Position numbers and translations under genes: made by a program. Shown here in pieces: positions 31,812 through 44,100 of a DNA stretch of 64,000 nt; the stretch's first letter is position 1, and each line of letters opens with the position of its first letter. The stretch is from assembly GCA_024704765.1 (NCBI GenBank), contig JAKMXF010000298.1:124001-188000 (forward strand), given 5' to 3'. Under the pieces are notes generated by a model. That model worked only from the letters and a program-made list of their open reading frames with translations. It was not told the DNA's origin and did no database searches. Source of the stretch: Oopsacas minuta. Lineage: Eukaryota; Animalia; Porifera.

Positions 31812-33521
31812 CTAAAAATTCATACGAACAGAAATAGAATTCTGTAGAGACTCGAGCTTCATTGTAACTTTCAATTTTTCCGTATTTATCTGATCTATAA
31901 GCACGTTTTGAGCAATGAGGCCATAATGACTGTTTTCTATGTAAAAAAATATTTGTACGAGAGGTGTGAAATAGCGTTCAACAGTCATCACATTTACATT
32001 TAGAATAGCTTCAACTGGTATTTCAAGTTGTGAGGATAGAGCTTGTCTAACAAGCCCATTGATAGTGTCCAGACCGGAAGAAGTATTCAGGCTGGAATCT
32101 GGTGTTCCGAAGAAAATTGAAGCGAGTCGCATCTGTAATACAACAGTGCCAACCTCAATAGCATTACAAGTGTACGCGAGGTCATCAAATTTCGTGATAT
32201 ACAACAGCTGACTAGGTGCCGTATGTGCGTATAAACATATACCATTATCACAATCTGAATTCAATAAACACTTCTGCCCAACATCACAGGGTGTACAATA
32301 CGGCCCACCACAATCTCTATCAGTTTCATGACTACTTGTAATATTGTCAAAACAAGTGATTTCTTCCACTGTAAGATAAGCAAAAGAGCTAGTAACACTC
32401 CCTTCTGTATTACTAATAACACAATAGTACATACCATCATCAGCTAAAGTAGCGTTACTAATATACAGAGCTCCATCAGTTAGCACTGAAATACGTTCAT
32501 CATCCTGAAATGAATTTATAATAAAGATACCGTTACGATACCATGTAACGCTAGGTATAGGTAACCCAGTGTTTGAGCAATTGAGTCTAATATCCTGTGT
32601 GGTGAGAATAGAGGCGTCTTGAGGTTGTGTTATAAAGCTTGGAGCAAAGCATGTTAAACCAGTGACAGTTGTCAATGTCATTGTATTAAGATTGTCAGGC
32701 ACATCACAGAATGCTATGTCTGCATCGCTAAAGTTGAGTGTTCCTGGTGCGGCTATAAGTCCTGTCAAATTTGGCAGGAAACAATCACAGGACCATGGAT
32801 TATCAGCTAAACGTATTTCAGTAGAAACAAGGGATGAGAAGATACCATTTGGTAGCGTTTCGAGATTATTGCCAGATAAATCGAGGAGAAATAGCTGAGT
32901 CAAACTTGTAAATATGGATACTGGTAAATTAATAATTAGATTATCAGAAAGGAATAACTCTTCAAGAGTTGAGCTTATAATATCAAAAAACGTTGGGCTA
33001 AGATACTGATAAAGATTAGAGTCTAAATTCAATGTCTTTAGTTTGGTAAAGAATCCTAAAAAGTTATTAGTAATCGGTAAAGACAGTTGGTTACCGGCTA
33101 GTGAAAGAGAGGTGATATTCTCTGCCCCTGTGAAATTCTCTGGGACCAGGGTATCTGGAGTGAACAGGTTACCATCTAGTGTTAGAGTCTCTAAAGACAC
33201 CAAACCATCAAAAGTACCAGCAGGGATATAAACCAGGGAATTTCTACTCAAATCTAATCTCTTTAGATTAGTCAGATTCCTGAGTTGACCTGGCTCTAGT
33301 ATAATACCGTTACCGGATAGGTCAAGGTTCTCAACAGCTGTATTGATCTCAGAAATTGGAATTCGAATCCTTCCCTGATCTATACACGCAATTGAAGTAG
33401 CGACAGTGCCAACGAATCCAGTACATGCACACTCTGGGTCTAGTGGACAAATTTGTGCAGTGATTACTATAAAAATATTCCAGAGTATTAGAAAATTGAA
33501 TAACATAGATTGGAGAGACAT
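31812..33521 (-). CDS. Secreted/cell-surface LRR-LRRCT-Ig protein with an ETDxDCGG Cys module; 3' end may splice further
   Basis: Signal peptide; LRRNT (CPLDPECAC); LxxLxLxxN repeats; LRRCT NPWSCDC; Ig I-set (LNCSNTGLPIPSVTWY...DDGMYYC); HETDRDCGGPYCTPCDVGQKC. Possible donor GTATGA near 31825. Confidence 0.82.
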   Translation of the reverse strand: MSLQSMLFNFLILWNIFIVITAQICPLDPECACTGFVGTVATSIACIDQGRIRIPISEINTAVENLDLSGNGIILEPGQLRNLTNLKRLDLSRNSLVYIPAGTFDGLVSLETLTLDGNLFTPDTLVPENFTGAENITSLSLAGNQLSLPITNNFLGFFTKLKTLNLDSNLYQYLSPTFFDIISSTLEELFLSDNLIINLPVSIFTSLTQLFLLDLSGNNLETLPNGIFSSLVSTEIRLADNPWSCDCFLPNLTGLIAAPGTLNFSDADIAFCDVPDNLNTMTLTTVTGLTCFAPSFITQPQDASILTTQDIRLNCSNTGLPIPSVTWYRNGIFIINSFQDDERISVLTDGALYISNATLADDGMYYCVISNTEGSVTSSFAYLTVEEITCFDNITSSHETDRDCGGPYCTPCDVGQKCLLNSDCDNGICLYAHTAPSQLLYITKFDDLAYTCNAIEVGTVVLQMRLASIFFGTPDSSLNTSSGLDTINGLVRQALSSQLEIPVEAILNVNVMTVERYFTPLVQIFFYIENSHYGLIAQNVLIDQINTEKLKVTMKLESLQNSISVRMNF

Positions 33522-33677
33522 GATCAGCTGATTCTGTGTTAATTCTAAAGTGTAACAAACAACAAATAATAAAATTTCACAAAAACTGGGTCGAATCTAA
33601 AATATCAAATATATATATATATAGAATGAGATGCAAATATTCAAACACATACAAATCTATTATTTGTTCCTCTGCTG

Positions 33678-34352
33678 CTAGGTTACAACATTTGATGTAA
33701 ACAAATGCTGTATGAAGTAAACAAAAGCTATAGAGCATATGACTAACACAATACAACTAAACGTAGTTTTTAAACAGGACTTTTCATTCGGATTCGGTGG
33801 CTGACCGTTATTAATGTATAGCACATACAGATATCCATCTTTTGGTTTGTTTTTTACAACATACAAGTCGCGAATACGATTGTGACGTATAAAATGAAAT
33901 TTCTGATAGAATGCGATTGCTGGATTATTATTGGTCAAAACGTGTAGATACATAGCTTTACATCTTGTGTAATTCTGTGAGGTATATTCCGCGTACAATT
34001 TTCGCAATAAAGTAGTTGCTATTCCTTTCCCTCTATACTTGGTCGTTACACATAAATTTAGAATATATAATGTATTGTCGTAATAATGTGATTGATTTAG
34101 AAAGCCGTAGTCATCTGAATCAAGACGTGAATATTCGCGAATTTCGGCTATAATCATCCCAATAATCTGTTCATTCTCAAGTGCAGCAATGCTATAAAAC
34201 TTACCTGAGACTAAATCTGCATATAAAGAATCTGGATAAACGAGTGGGAAGCATTCTATGAATAATGATTTGACTATTGCTTCATCTGATACAGTTAACG
34301 CTCTGAAAGTATATGGACTAGCAACTCTTTCAGTGAAAATACTGTGTTCCAT
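33678..34352 (-). CDS. NAA60: N-alpha-acetyltransferase 60 (NatF)
   Basis: ECFPLVYPDSLY; GNAT motif YRGKGIAT; CKAMYLHVLTNNNPAIAFY; KDGYLYVLYINNGQPP. ATG at 34352. Confidence 0.88.
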   Translation of the reverse strand: MEHSIFTERVASPYTFRALTVSDEAIVKSLFIECFPLVYPDSLYADLVSGKFYSIAALENEQIIGMIIAEIREYSRLDSDDYGFLNQSHYYDNTLYILNLCVTTKYRGKGIATTLLRKLYAEYTSQNYTRCKAMYLHVLTNNNPAIAFYQKFHFIRHNRIRDLYVVKNKPKDGYLYVLYINNGQPPNPNEKSCLKTTFSCIVLVICSIAFVYFIQHLFTSNVVT

Positions 34353-34637
34353 TTCTAGTATAATTAATGATGTCAACTACAAGGAACGAGAAAAATGGGA
34401 TATTAAGACCCTAGAATAGTGTATATATTGTGAGACGATAATTTTTCGAGAAGAGAGCACTATGACTAACATTATTGCAATTTTGAGCATATAAGACGGA
34501 CTCATAACTTTCGCGATATGTCCATATAAAGTGGTTGAGCCACAAGCAAAACCGTTATAGACTAGCTTAACTATTGCTAACGTATAACAAATTATAATTA
34601 ACAAATGATCGAATAGACGTAACGCTATGTAGTTCAA

Positions 34638-34961
34638 TTAATCCGAAGAAACTGTATCTAAAGCTGATAAGCAAGTGACTGTTGATGCTAATTCAGACTC
34701 AGCGTTTAAAATCTCAGAGTTTATAGCACTCATCTTAGCCTCAATGTTTGATATAACAAGTGTCAATAGCTCTGTGTGTAATTCAGCTACCTTCCTTGTT
34801 AATTCCAATTCAAAATGCTTATCTTCAGTGGCTGAATAAAACTCTGTGTCTACGCTAGATTCGCTTAGAGTTAAATCTGTTAGACTTTTAGTCGCTAGTA
34901 AAGATTGATCCACTAAATCATCTCGATCAATGCAGAGGTCTGTTAAAGAGTTTGACGTCAT
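34638..34961 (-). CDS. Small acidic protein with C-terminal coiled coil, unknown family
   Basis: 107-aa ATG-initiated ORF preceded by an acceptor-like CAG; heptad pattern in the C-terminal half. No homology recognised. Confidence 0.5.
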   Translation of the reverse strand: MTSNSLTDLCIDRDDLVDQSLLATKSLTDLTLSESSVDTEFYSATEDKHFELELTRKVAELHTELLTLVISNIEAKMSAINSEILNAESELASTVTCLSALDTVSSD

Positions 34962-35160
34962 GAAAATGCTGCTAATAACTGCTAATATGTGAATTATAGA
35001 GTAGTTGACGACAACGCAAAATACAGTAATTTCCCGTTACAACCAAGATATAACGAGGGTCCCAAGTAAAATGCAAATGATCTCAATTCTTTAAAGTATA
35101 ACTCAAATCAAACATAGAGACAAAACTATCAATGAGGTATCGTATGACGTCATAAGCTAT

Positions 35161-37044
35161 CTATACATTAGGGGTTGCACCCTTTTCTAAGTTTGGGTCT
35201 GCAGGAGGAGGAGGTGGTTTCATAGATGACATCTCATCCCATTTACCATATTTGGGTGTGGCAGCTATTTCGTATTCATCTATAAGAGAACGTAGAACTT
35301 CTCCAGAATCATCAAATTCATGACCATCTGCTAGCAAGGGTATATCTTTAAAATGATGAAAGTGTACTTTTCGCTTTCGCATTTTATCAAAATCTTCCAG
35401 AATTTCACCTCTAAATAGATTAGCTATACTGGTATGGTTAGCCATTAGTAGACCACTAACTCTATGCTGTGCTTCTACATAAGGAGATTTCTGAGATAGA
35501 GCTACCTGGATACTGGCAGGACCCCATGGAATGAAGTTGACCTTTTTCTTTTCTCGAATTCGCTGAAGACTTTTATGAACTTGAGTGGGATCGATTGTCT
35601 TATCATTTCCTATAAAAACGCAGAAATAACTCCTACACTAAAAGGTTAACAAGATGGTGTCCAAATGAAAACAAAAACCCAACGCTAAATTTCCATGATA
35701 AATCTAACCTTGTATGACATTAAGAATAGATATATAGCAGTGATTATGAGAAGGCTGAGACATATTCTTATCAGACATAGGCCACATCATATTCTTAGGC
35801 TGTAGCAATCTCTGCATAACATCCAATACAGATGTCTTACGTATATTTAACCCCAGCTGCTCATCTGATGTATCAGCAAATGTGAATGGTGTATAACCAG
35901 TCACGAGGTAGTGTAGTCTTGGAGTTGGTATGAGAGAGGCAATCATTCCGATTAAGTCATTGTTCATATAGCCAGGATATCTGTAGGGTAAATACGATAG
36001 CATTCTGTTAATTAAATGCCCCATATATGCTTATTAGCAAACTAAATCCGCTATCCATGGTTAAATAACTAATCAACTCACCTCAATGTTGTAGTACTGG
36101 CAGCTATAACTGTACTCACCAGGTGATTAATATGTAAATCTAAATCTGGCTTAGCAATACCTAGCCTCTCATTAGCAATAAGATTAAGTGAATGGTTGTG
36201 TACTACAACTACACAATCTGCGAAATGTGTCAGTCTCTTAAGAGTGAGCACCATATTATACGGCTGTACAACTACATCATCACGACCGGGGAATATAGAA
36301 TATGTTTGTATTAGCTTTTTGGAATAACGTTGATTGAGAAGTTCTAATATGTAAGAACCTAGTCCAGCACCAGTACCACCAGCAATGCTATGAAATAGCA
36401 TAAATCCTTCTAAACTATCTGTATTGTTATCTGCCTCTCTGTCTATCTTCTCTATCAATTGTTCTGCCATTTGTTCTCCCTATAAAATTTGACGTCATAA
36501 TACCAAAATAAATTGAATAGTGAACAGAAATATACTGCTTATTAGATATCTAACCATGGATGGTGAATTTCATTTATCTGCTTGGATGTTGTTCTAGGTC
36601 ATTTGAGGCACTCCTCGCTTTTTAAAGGGGGACTACTATATAACATAAAATAAAGGAAATTCACCATCCATGGTTAAGTATTCCATTTTTGCCATAACAA
36701 CTTACCATTGAGTAACCAATCCCCCAGTTATTACCAGCACCACCACCACCAAAATCATTCAGCACATTCTCCTTATTGTATAGAGTTGGATACTCAGTAA
36801 GGATCTTAGATATAACTCGAGGTTCTAGATCAACTAACAGAGCTCTAGGCATGTAATGCTCGTCATCAGCTTGATAGAAAAACACATCTTTCCTGTCTAA
36901 ACCCTCAAATTGACTTTCTTTCCCTGCGTAATCAAACTGTCCATCTTTCCTGATACCATGTTCAGATAATAACAACTTCCAGAAAGCATTACCAACTTGG
37001 TTACCACACTGTCCTACCTGTAGTGTTATTATTTCTCGAGGCAT
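35161..37044 (-). CDS. TUBG1: Gamma-tubulin (divergent), 4 exons (36706-37044, 36082-36479, 35709-35980, 35161-35609), 485 aa
   Basis: [16 protein letters not shown]; [12 protein letters not shown]; [10 protein letters not shown]; [13 protein letters not shown]; MANHTSI. Three phase-compatible GT-AG introns. Confidence 0.93.
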
Positions 37045-37074
37045 TATTTACTATTAATAAACTACAAGTGCATA

Positions 37075-37127
37075 CAGTCAACTAGCAACCCCCGTTGTAT
37101 CGAAGCTCAATGCACCGCGATAATTAC
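37075..37127 (-). mobile_element. Partial MITE family A end
   Basis: TA|cagtcaac...gttgtatcgaagctcaatgcaccgcgataattac resembles the reverse complement of the family right end. Confidence 0.55.
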
Positions 37128-37524
37128 ATTATTTCTGATTTCACTAACTTCCTAATATTTCTGAAAAAGACAACCCGTCTATTCAAGTAAATCGCAGTTA
37201 CCAACCATTATCACCCGTGGACTGTAATACAAATTTTGAGATCCTGTGGACCATCAATGGTACCATGGACCCATGATGCGAACCACATAAGATAAACCTT
37301 CCCTCTGACCCAGTCCGATCCTATAACAATTAGACTTCATCACACAAGTAATCAACAAAATAGAATTGACCTAGAACACAAATACAACACAATAATAATA
37401 TCCCTAAAATGCTAATATAGATTGTATAAATCAGGTAAGATCAAATAGTTCTCTAAAGTTATACTAATTACTATTTCACCATACACACAAAGTAGAATGG
37501 TGTGACAGAAGGTAAGCTAAGGGG

Positions 37525-40050
37525 TTACAGCTTGTCTAGGAAGCGGTCTAGTGGTGGGATAGCTTCAGCTAGAGCCTTGCGTTTACGTGTTTCAGTTACG
37601 ACAATTGATGCTTTGTTTGACGCTCCTGCTTCCATTGGGTCTCCCGGGAGAAGCTGCCAATGATCGAATACGCATTGAGGGAAGGCCTGTCCGCCTGTAT
37701 TACTCCTTAGATCAGCTGTAAAGCCAAAAGATTCATTGACAGGTAGGTAAGATTTGATGACAAACATGGGTGTACCTTCCTGTTGATACTCTTCGAACAC
37801 ATGACCTCTCCTACGGTTCAAAACACCATAAATACCACCTACAGCTGTCTCAGGGCACTGTATTTCGCAGAGATACACTGGTTCTAGAATCCTAGGTGCT
37901 GCAGTTAAGATACTAGCGTAGAATACACGTCTAGCTGTAGGTATAATCTGACCACCACCTCTGTGTATTGTGTCTGTATGAAGTGATACGTCATAGATGT
38001 TGCAACGAATCCCACGGCAATTTTCATCACAAAGAACTCCCTCCTTACTCGCCCACTGGAAACCGGCTACCACGCTATCTTTAATCTCATTCAAGTACTG
38101 TACACCCTTTGTACAATCCACAAGCATATTGGGACCAGTTCCATCCGGACCGAATCCCCAGATCTTTCGAGCTTCACTCACATCCCACTCATACTTATCA
38201 GCAAGATATCTAGCTCGAGCTTTAGCCTCCCCGTTAGGCTCTACTTCTCCGTCATCAATATCCTCGGCTATCCCTTCAGTCAGTGGTTGGGCTTTACAGA
38301 AAAGTCGATTATGTTTATTAGCAGATTTTGATAAACACATTTGACTACTCATCTCTGATATAGTCTCACGATACGATACAACTGGATCGGATTTCTTTAT
38401 AGGGATACCAGCATGATCTTCTTCCAGATCTTTTAAGCAAATCTCGAGATGAAGTTCACCCGCACCAGCAATAATATGCTCCCCTGACTCTTCATTAAAA
38501 CACTGTACCATAGGATCAGACTTAGCCAAGCGTTTTATCCCTTCAACAAGTTTTGGCAGATCCGTAGCATTCTTAGGCTCAACTGCAACACGTACAACAG
38601 GACTGACACTGAATTTCATAACACGCATGTTATGTGCCTGATCAAATGTAGTAATGGTTCCTGTCTTTACTAGAAATTGATCAATCCCAACTAGACCAAC
38701 TATATTACCACATGGCACATCCTCAATAGCTTCAACAGTTCTACCCATCATCAATACGGTACGCTGGATACTCTTATTGTAAAGATCTTCCTTCTTTCCA
38801 GGTTTGAAGTTAGGTCCCATGATTCGTACCTTCTGTCCTGTGGAGACTGTACCGGAGAACACACGGCCGAATGCGTAGAAGCGTCCCTTATCTGTGGTGG
38901 GTACCATCTTGGACACGTACATACAGAGAGGAGCTTCAGGATCACAGTTCTTTACACCAATAGCCAGGATATCATCCTTTGGTCCTTCGTACAACATTTC
39001 CATACGGTATTTTTGTGCTGTAACGGGAGAAGGAAGATGAATGGTAATCATTTGGAGGAGAGTTTCACCCGCGGGTAACCAGCGACGCATACATAACTTC
39101 AACAGAGGTTTACCTTCAAGCTTTTGCTCCTCAATATTCAATTTGATTTTGAGCTTCTGGATTAGTTTAGTTGATTCGTCTTTTTTGAAGTTCATAATAG
39201 AATGGAATAGTTTGTAGATAGGATCAAGGATTAGCATACAAAACCCGCGTTCATATCCTGGACCAGATTCTTTCTTCCATTTCTTATCAGTAGAGCTGTA
39301 GAACTGATCGTCCCATAGACGTTTCATCAATTTTTTGGGCTCAAGTTTGAATTTCTCAACGTATATTTCAGCGAATTGTTTCAAGGTAAATGCCCAACCA
39401 TGCAGACCAGATCCGAAACCAACTGTACCATCACTCGGGGTAACCGTGATATCTCCCATGGGTGTGTCTTCACCGTATGTCTGGATAATGACGTTTACGC
39501 TCTCAACGATACGATTGAATTTCTGATACAAATCCTCTTTATCCAATTGAAGTTCAAGCAGTGCACGGTCCATCTTGTTCATGAATAGGATAGGCTTGAT
39601 TCGTTCTGCGATAGCTTGTCGTAGTACTGTACCTGTCTGTACGCAGACACCGCTGACGCAATCAACCACGACTAGAGCACCGTCTGTTACACGTAGAGCA
39701 GCTGTTACTTCCGAGGAGAAGTCGACATGTCCAGGGGAATCGATCAAATTGATGAGGAAGCCATTTCCTTCCGATTGCTGTAATACGTAATCCATATCTT
39801 CCTTCTTCAGTTCGTAGTAGAGGGAAATAGCGGTCGACTTGATGGTGATACAGCGTTCTTGTTCATCTTTACGCGTGTCAGTGTATCGCATGTCTCCTGC
39901 ACGTTCACCAGCGATGATACCGGCTTTGGAGACCAGCGAGTCGGTTAGTGTTGACTTCCCATGATCAACGTGAGCAATGACTGACATGTTTCGGATGTTA
40001 GTCCGCTTGCTCATGATGGCGCGAACTTGTTCGATGGTAAAGTTGACCAT
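37525..40050 (-). CDS. EEF2: Eukaryotic translation elongation factor 2, intronless
   Basis: [13 protein letters not shown]; [14 protein letters not shown]; [16 protein letters not shown]; NKMD; diphthamide loop [14 protein letters not shown]. Confidence 0.99.
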   Translation of the reverse strand: MVNFTIEQVRAIMSKRTNIRNMSVIAHVDHGKSTLTDSLVSKAGIIAGERAGDMRYTDTRKDEQERCITIKSTAISLYYELKKEDMDYVLQQSEGNGFLINLIDSPGHVDFSSEVTAALRVTDGALVVVDCVSGVCVQTGTVLRQAIAERIKPILFMNKMDRALLELQLDKEDLYQKFNRIVESVNVIIQTYGEDTPMGDITVTPSDGTVGFGSGLHGWAFTLKQFAEIYVEKFKLEPKKLMKRLWDDQFYSSTDKKWKKESGPGYERGFCMLILDPIYKLFHSIMNFKKDESTKLIQKLKIKLNIEEQKLEGKPLLKLCMRRWLPAGETLLQMITIHLPSPVTAQKYRMEMLYEGPKDDILAIGVKNCDPEAPLCMYVSKMVPTTDKGRFYAFGRVFSGTVSTGQKVRIMGPNFKPGKKEDLYNKSIQRTVLMMGRTVEAIEDVPCGNIVGLVGIDQFLVKTGTITTFDQAHNMRVMKFSVSPVVRVAVEPKNATDLPKLVEGIKRLAKSDPMVQCFNEESGEHIIAGAGELHLEICLKDLEEDHAGIPIKKSDPVVSYRETISEMSSQMCLSKSANKHNRLFCKAQPLTEGIAEDIDDGEVEPNGEAKARARYLADKYEWDVSEARKIWGFGPDGTGPNMLVDCTKGVQYLNEIKDSVVAGFQWASKEGVLCDENCRGIRCNIYDVSLHTDTIHRGGGQIIPTARRVFYASILTAAPRILEPVYLCEIQCPETAVGGIYGVLNRRRGHVFEEYQQEGTPMFVIKSYLPVNESFGFTADLRSNTGGQAFPQCVFDHWQLLPGDPMEAGASNKASIVVTETRKRKALAEAIPPLDRFLDKL

Positions 40051-40814
40051 GATGATGGTAATCGAATAGTAATTTTTCCCCCTAAGTAACTAATATATTA
40101 TCATTAAAATTTGATAAAAATGTAAAATCGATCGCGATCCAAAATAGAATGGTAACTTGAGGGAAAATTTGATATTCATCACACAAAACTCATGGGTCAT
40201 TATGAATTTATGATAGTAACATTAGAAAAAGTAGAGTAAATTAATGATTCGCCTAGCAAAAACGTATCCTAATTACCTGAAATGTGGATTGAAATTTCCC
40301 AAAATAAAGTTGGGGGGTTAAAATTAGAAACGAAGAAGTGGATAAAAATAGAGCATTGAAAATTAAGGCAAGCTTATGAACATAGAGCTTATGGGTTAAT
40401 TAAAAGTTACTATTCTTATATACTTTGTGTTCTAAAATAGATATCACTTACTCCACAGCACCTGCATAGCCAAATGTATTACACTAAATTTAGAATTTTC
40501 TAAATATAGAAATCACGAGAAAAATGATGTCATATAAAATGCAATGATTTTAGTGTGTAGCTGGTATATCGAATTCCTTAGTAGTTTCTAGCTTAGCTAC
40601 TACTAATCAGGGTAAGATAGTGTCAGATTGGATAATGTATTTTACGTAAAAGCTATAGGGCAAATTAATGGTGAAAGAAGGGCGGTACGAACCTAACTAA
40701 TTACTTCATGGTATAATTGCAATTTATCGAGGGATGGGAGGAATTCTGGTTATATATTAGCTGCATAGCGTGCGTAATTGTGAACTAGTCCATAACATTA
40801 TACTTTCGGGATTA

Positions 40815-40987
40815 CAGTGTAACCTCCACAAACGAGGTGCCAGGGGGGGGCGAAAATCTTACCCCGTTCCACTCGTTTCTACCAAATTCTCCGTTGATGG
40901 AGGTTCATTTGAACGGGAGTAGGAATTCGCTCTAGATATTTATAATTCACTCAGTTTCCACAGGCCACGTTTGTGGAGGTTTCACTG
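40815..40987. mobile_element. MITE family B (173 bp, about 21-bp TIRs, TA target-site duplication)
   Basis: TA|cagtgtaacctccacaaacg ... cgtttgtggaggtttcactg|TA; a single mismatch between the TIRs. Confidence 0.88.
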
Positions 40988-41173
40988 TAACCTTGCAAAT
41001 AGCACAATATTTTCCTATTGATCATTAGTTCCACATAATCCTATAGCTTACAAATCCGTGTAAAAATAGAATGTGACTTGCAACTTAATATAGCGAACAC
41101 AAGCCTATAGTAATATTCTAATAATAATATGCAAGTTAATTGAGTAAGAAATCAATTGCCTGAACAATTGGAA

Positions 41174-44100
41174 ATGAAAACTATTTGGTACACATTTGTT
41201 TATCTTCTAATAGCATTCACTCCCTTGGCTGTGTCACAAACAATCTGTTACGGACAAGATTTCATACTCGAACATGAAAATACAACTCTACTCCTCTCGC
41301 AGCTACAAACATACTTCAGTAACTGCGAATATGTGTACGATAATCTTGAAATAGTGTTCACTGAAATGATAATTATCCCAGCGGAGTTTTCAATGATATT
41401 TAGTTCAATTCGAGAAATCAGAGGGTATTTACTTCTAGAAAACATTGAAGCAGATTCTCTAACTTTTACTGAACTCGTAATTATAAGAGGAATGAATAGT
41501 TTTGCGGTAAACAACACGTCAAATGCGTTAGTGTTAAAAAACACTAAAATAAACTCGATAATATTCCCAAATTTTAGAGAAATATCACAACATGATGTAA
41601 CAGTATATAACAGTCAATCAAATATTTCAACAGCTTGTAATCTCAATGGAGTAAACTGGGCTGATATCCTGAACCAATCTCCTAGCCAAAAAATCAATTT
41701 CAATATTACTAATTGCACCACACCAAATTGTGTAGCATGCACATCAGGTTTTTGCTGGAATGAAAATAATTGCCAATTGCTCACAAAAGAACCATGTAGT
41801 TCGTGTAGTGACAGATGTCTGCCAACTGACAACACATCCTGTTGTGACCAAGAGTGCAGTGCAGGTTGTGAAGGAGCAATATCAACTTGTGTAGCATGCT
41901 CTTCATGTCAAGATTTGACACTACCAATAACATGCATATCATCATGTGCTGATCCAAGCGCTAAAATAATTACGACTTTTCTTTCACCGCCTCGACTGGA
42001 CGGACAAGGTACATGCATATCTCCACTAATCCTAGAAAATCCCAATTTAGACTTTTGCAAAAAAGAATGCAATGAAGTCAATACAATGTGTGTTGAGGGG
42101 GTCGGATCGAATATGCTAAGCTGTAGAGTATGTGGATTAAATGAGGATGTATGTGGACAACCTTATACTCTAGCTAATAACGAAATAGGCCCAGCTCTCC
42201 TTGTACCAATTATACCAAAGTTATCTTGTGGAATTATACCCATATTCGTAAGCATAAGATTAAACATGGATAGTTTTAATCATATAAACCCAGTTACTCC
42301 TGTGTATTTAGAAGTGTTCAATGGTTTGTTAGAGATCAGTGATTATCTAGTGATAGAAGATTATCCGAGTTTCTACGGCGAAGCATTCACATTTTTAAGT
42401 CAGTTAACAAGAATAAGAGGTGATACACTATACATGGGTTTGTATGCAGTGTATATCAGGGGTAACGCATTCAGGGAAATCGATTTGAGAAATCTACAGT
42501 TCATTGACCAAGGCTCTATTCTGATTGAGAATAATACAGAACTGTGTTATCTACCAACTAGCTCAGGTTTTGAAAGTTTAAGATCTGGGATATCGGTATC
42601 AATTCTAGGTCAGGATTTAAACTGTCCATGTCATATTAATTGTGAACAGAGTGAAGGTTGCTGGGGGCCCTCTAATACACAATGCATTATATGTGCTCAA
42701 GTTCAAATAAGCAGTACTTGTCAAGAGAACTGCGAATCTTTACCAAACACATTCGCAGATTTAACAAACAGACAATGCGTTCCATGCGATGTAGAGTGTA
42801 ATAACTGTACAGGAATTGCTACGAACTGTACTCAATGCATAAATGTACGTTATGAAGGCGAATGCATACCTGAATGTCCTACAACGACATACGAAACAAA
42901 TGGAGAATGTTTACCATGTAATGATAACTGCAAAACAAATAATATCACAGGGCCAATATGCTCAGGTCCAACTAATATGTTTGGCTTAGCTTTCAATGGC
43001 TGTAACGAATGCAGTTTGTATACATTCGAAAGCACAAACAACTCAACAATATCAAACTACACATGTATTTCTATATGTATAGGAGGTTATCAAGAGTTTG
43101 ACACTTCACCTAGTCCCGTTTGTAGAGATTGTAATTCTGCTTGTACGAGATGTACTGGCCGACGAGTAGAAGATTGTGACATAGATAGTTGCACATTTTT
43201 CTTACAAGAAAACGATCAGCAATGTACATTGACATGCTCTAACTCCACACAGTATAGCCCTGCAAATAACACATGCAGGAATTGTGATGATAATTGCATT
43301 GGATGTAATGGAGAAACTAGTATGGATTGTAATGAATGTAGATTCTTGAGCAGAGGATCTGAGTGCGTTTCAAGTTGTAGAAACAATGAATACATAACCA
43401 GTAGCAATGAATGTGAATTATGTAATCAAGAACTATGTAGTACATGCAGTGTATCACGAGATAATTGCACGAGTTGTTCAAAAGCTGCCTTCAGCCAGAA
43501 CGACACATTAATTTGCTTGGAAATGTGTCCAGCAGGCTACTACAGAGCTGGTAACATATCGTGTTTAACCTGCAATAGAGAATGCATTAACTGTACTGAA
43601 GCTCTAGACACTGACTGTCAAGGTTGTAGGAATTTTCATGTCTTACCAGAAGATAGATGTGCAAGTGAATGTCCATTAGGTGCAATGGTAATGAATGCTA
43701 CTAAAACCTGTCTTGTCATAGACACATTTTTACAGCCCGCAGTTATAGCCGGATTAAGCGTAGGAGCTATTGTATTCCTTGCCATAGTGTGTAGTGTCAT
43801 AACCGCGATTATAATAGCCACTGTATGCAGTAGGAGGTATAAAAAGAAACTAGTCACGAAGGAAAGAATGGAAGAAGGTACTCTCCTCCCAATGAGAGAA
43901 AAGGGACAAATCCAGCGGACTATACAAGGATTACCTGAATTTACACTACTAGGCTATAATTATGAAACACTAGATGACGTCACGCCTAAAGATTTCCCTC
44001 TTACAATAATAGACCGCAGTTATCTTGAGCCTCGAGAGCGAATTGGGAAAGGTTTTCACAGTTATGTGTATGCTAACTTTTATACACATAAAGTAGGGGA

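Noticed and set aside
37200-37330. GC-richer patch with palindrome ATGGTACCAT downstream of EEF2; considered as an SL RNA or snoRNA
   Set aside because: No convincing donor plus Sm-site arrangement or C/D / H/ACA boxes by eye; an Infernal/Rfam search would be needed.
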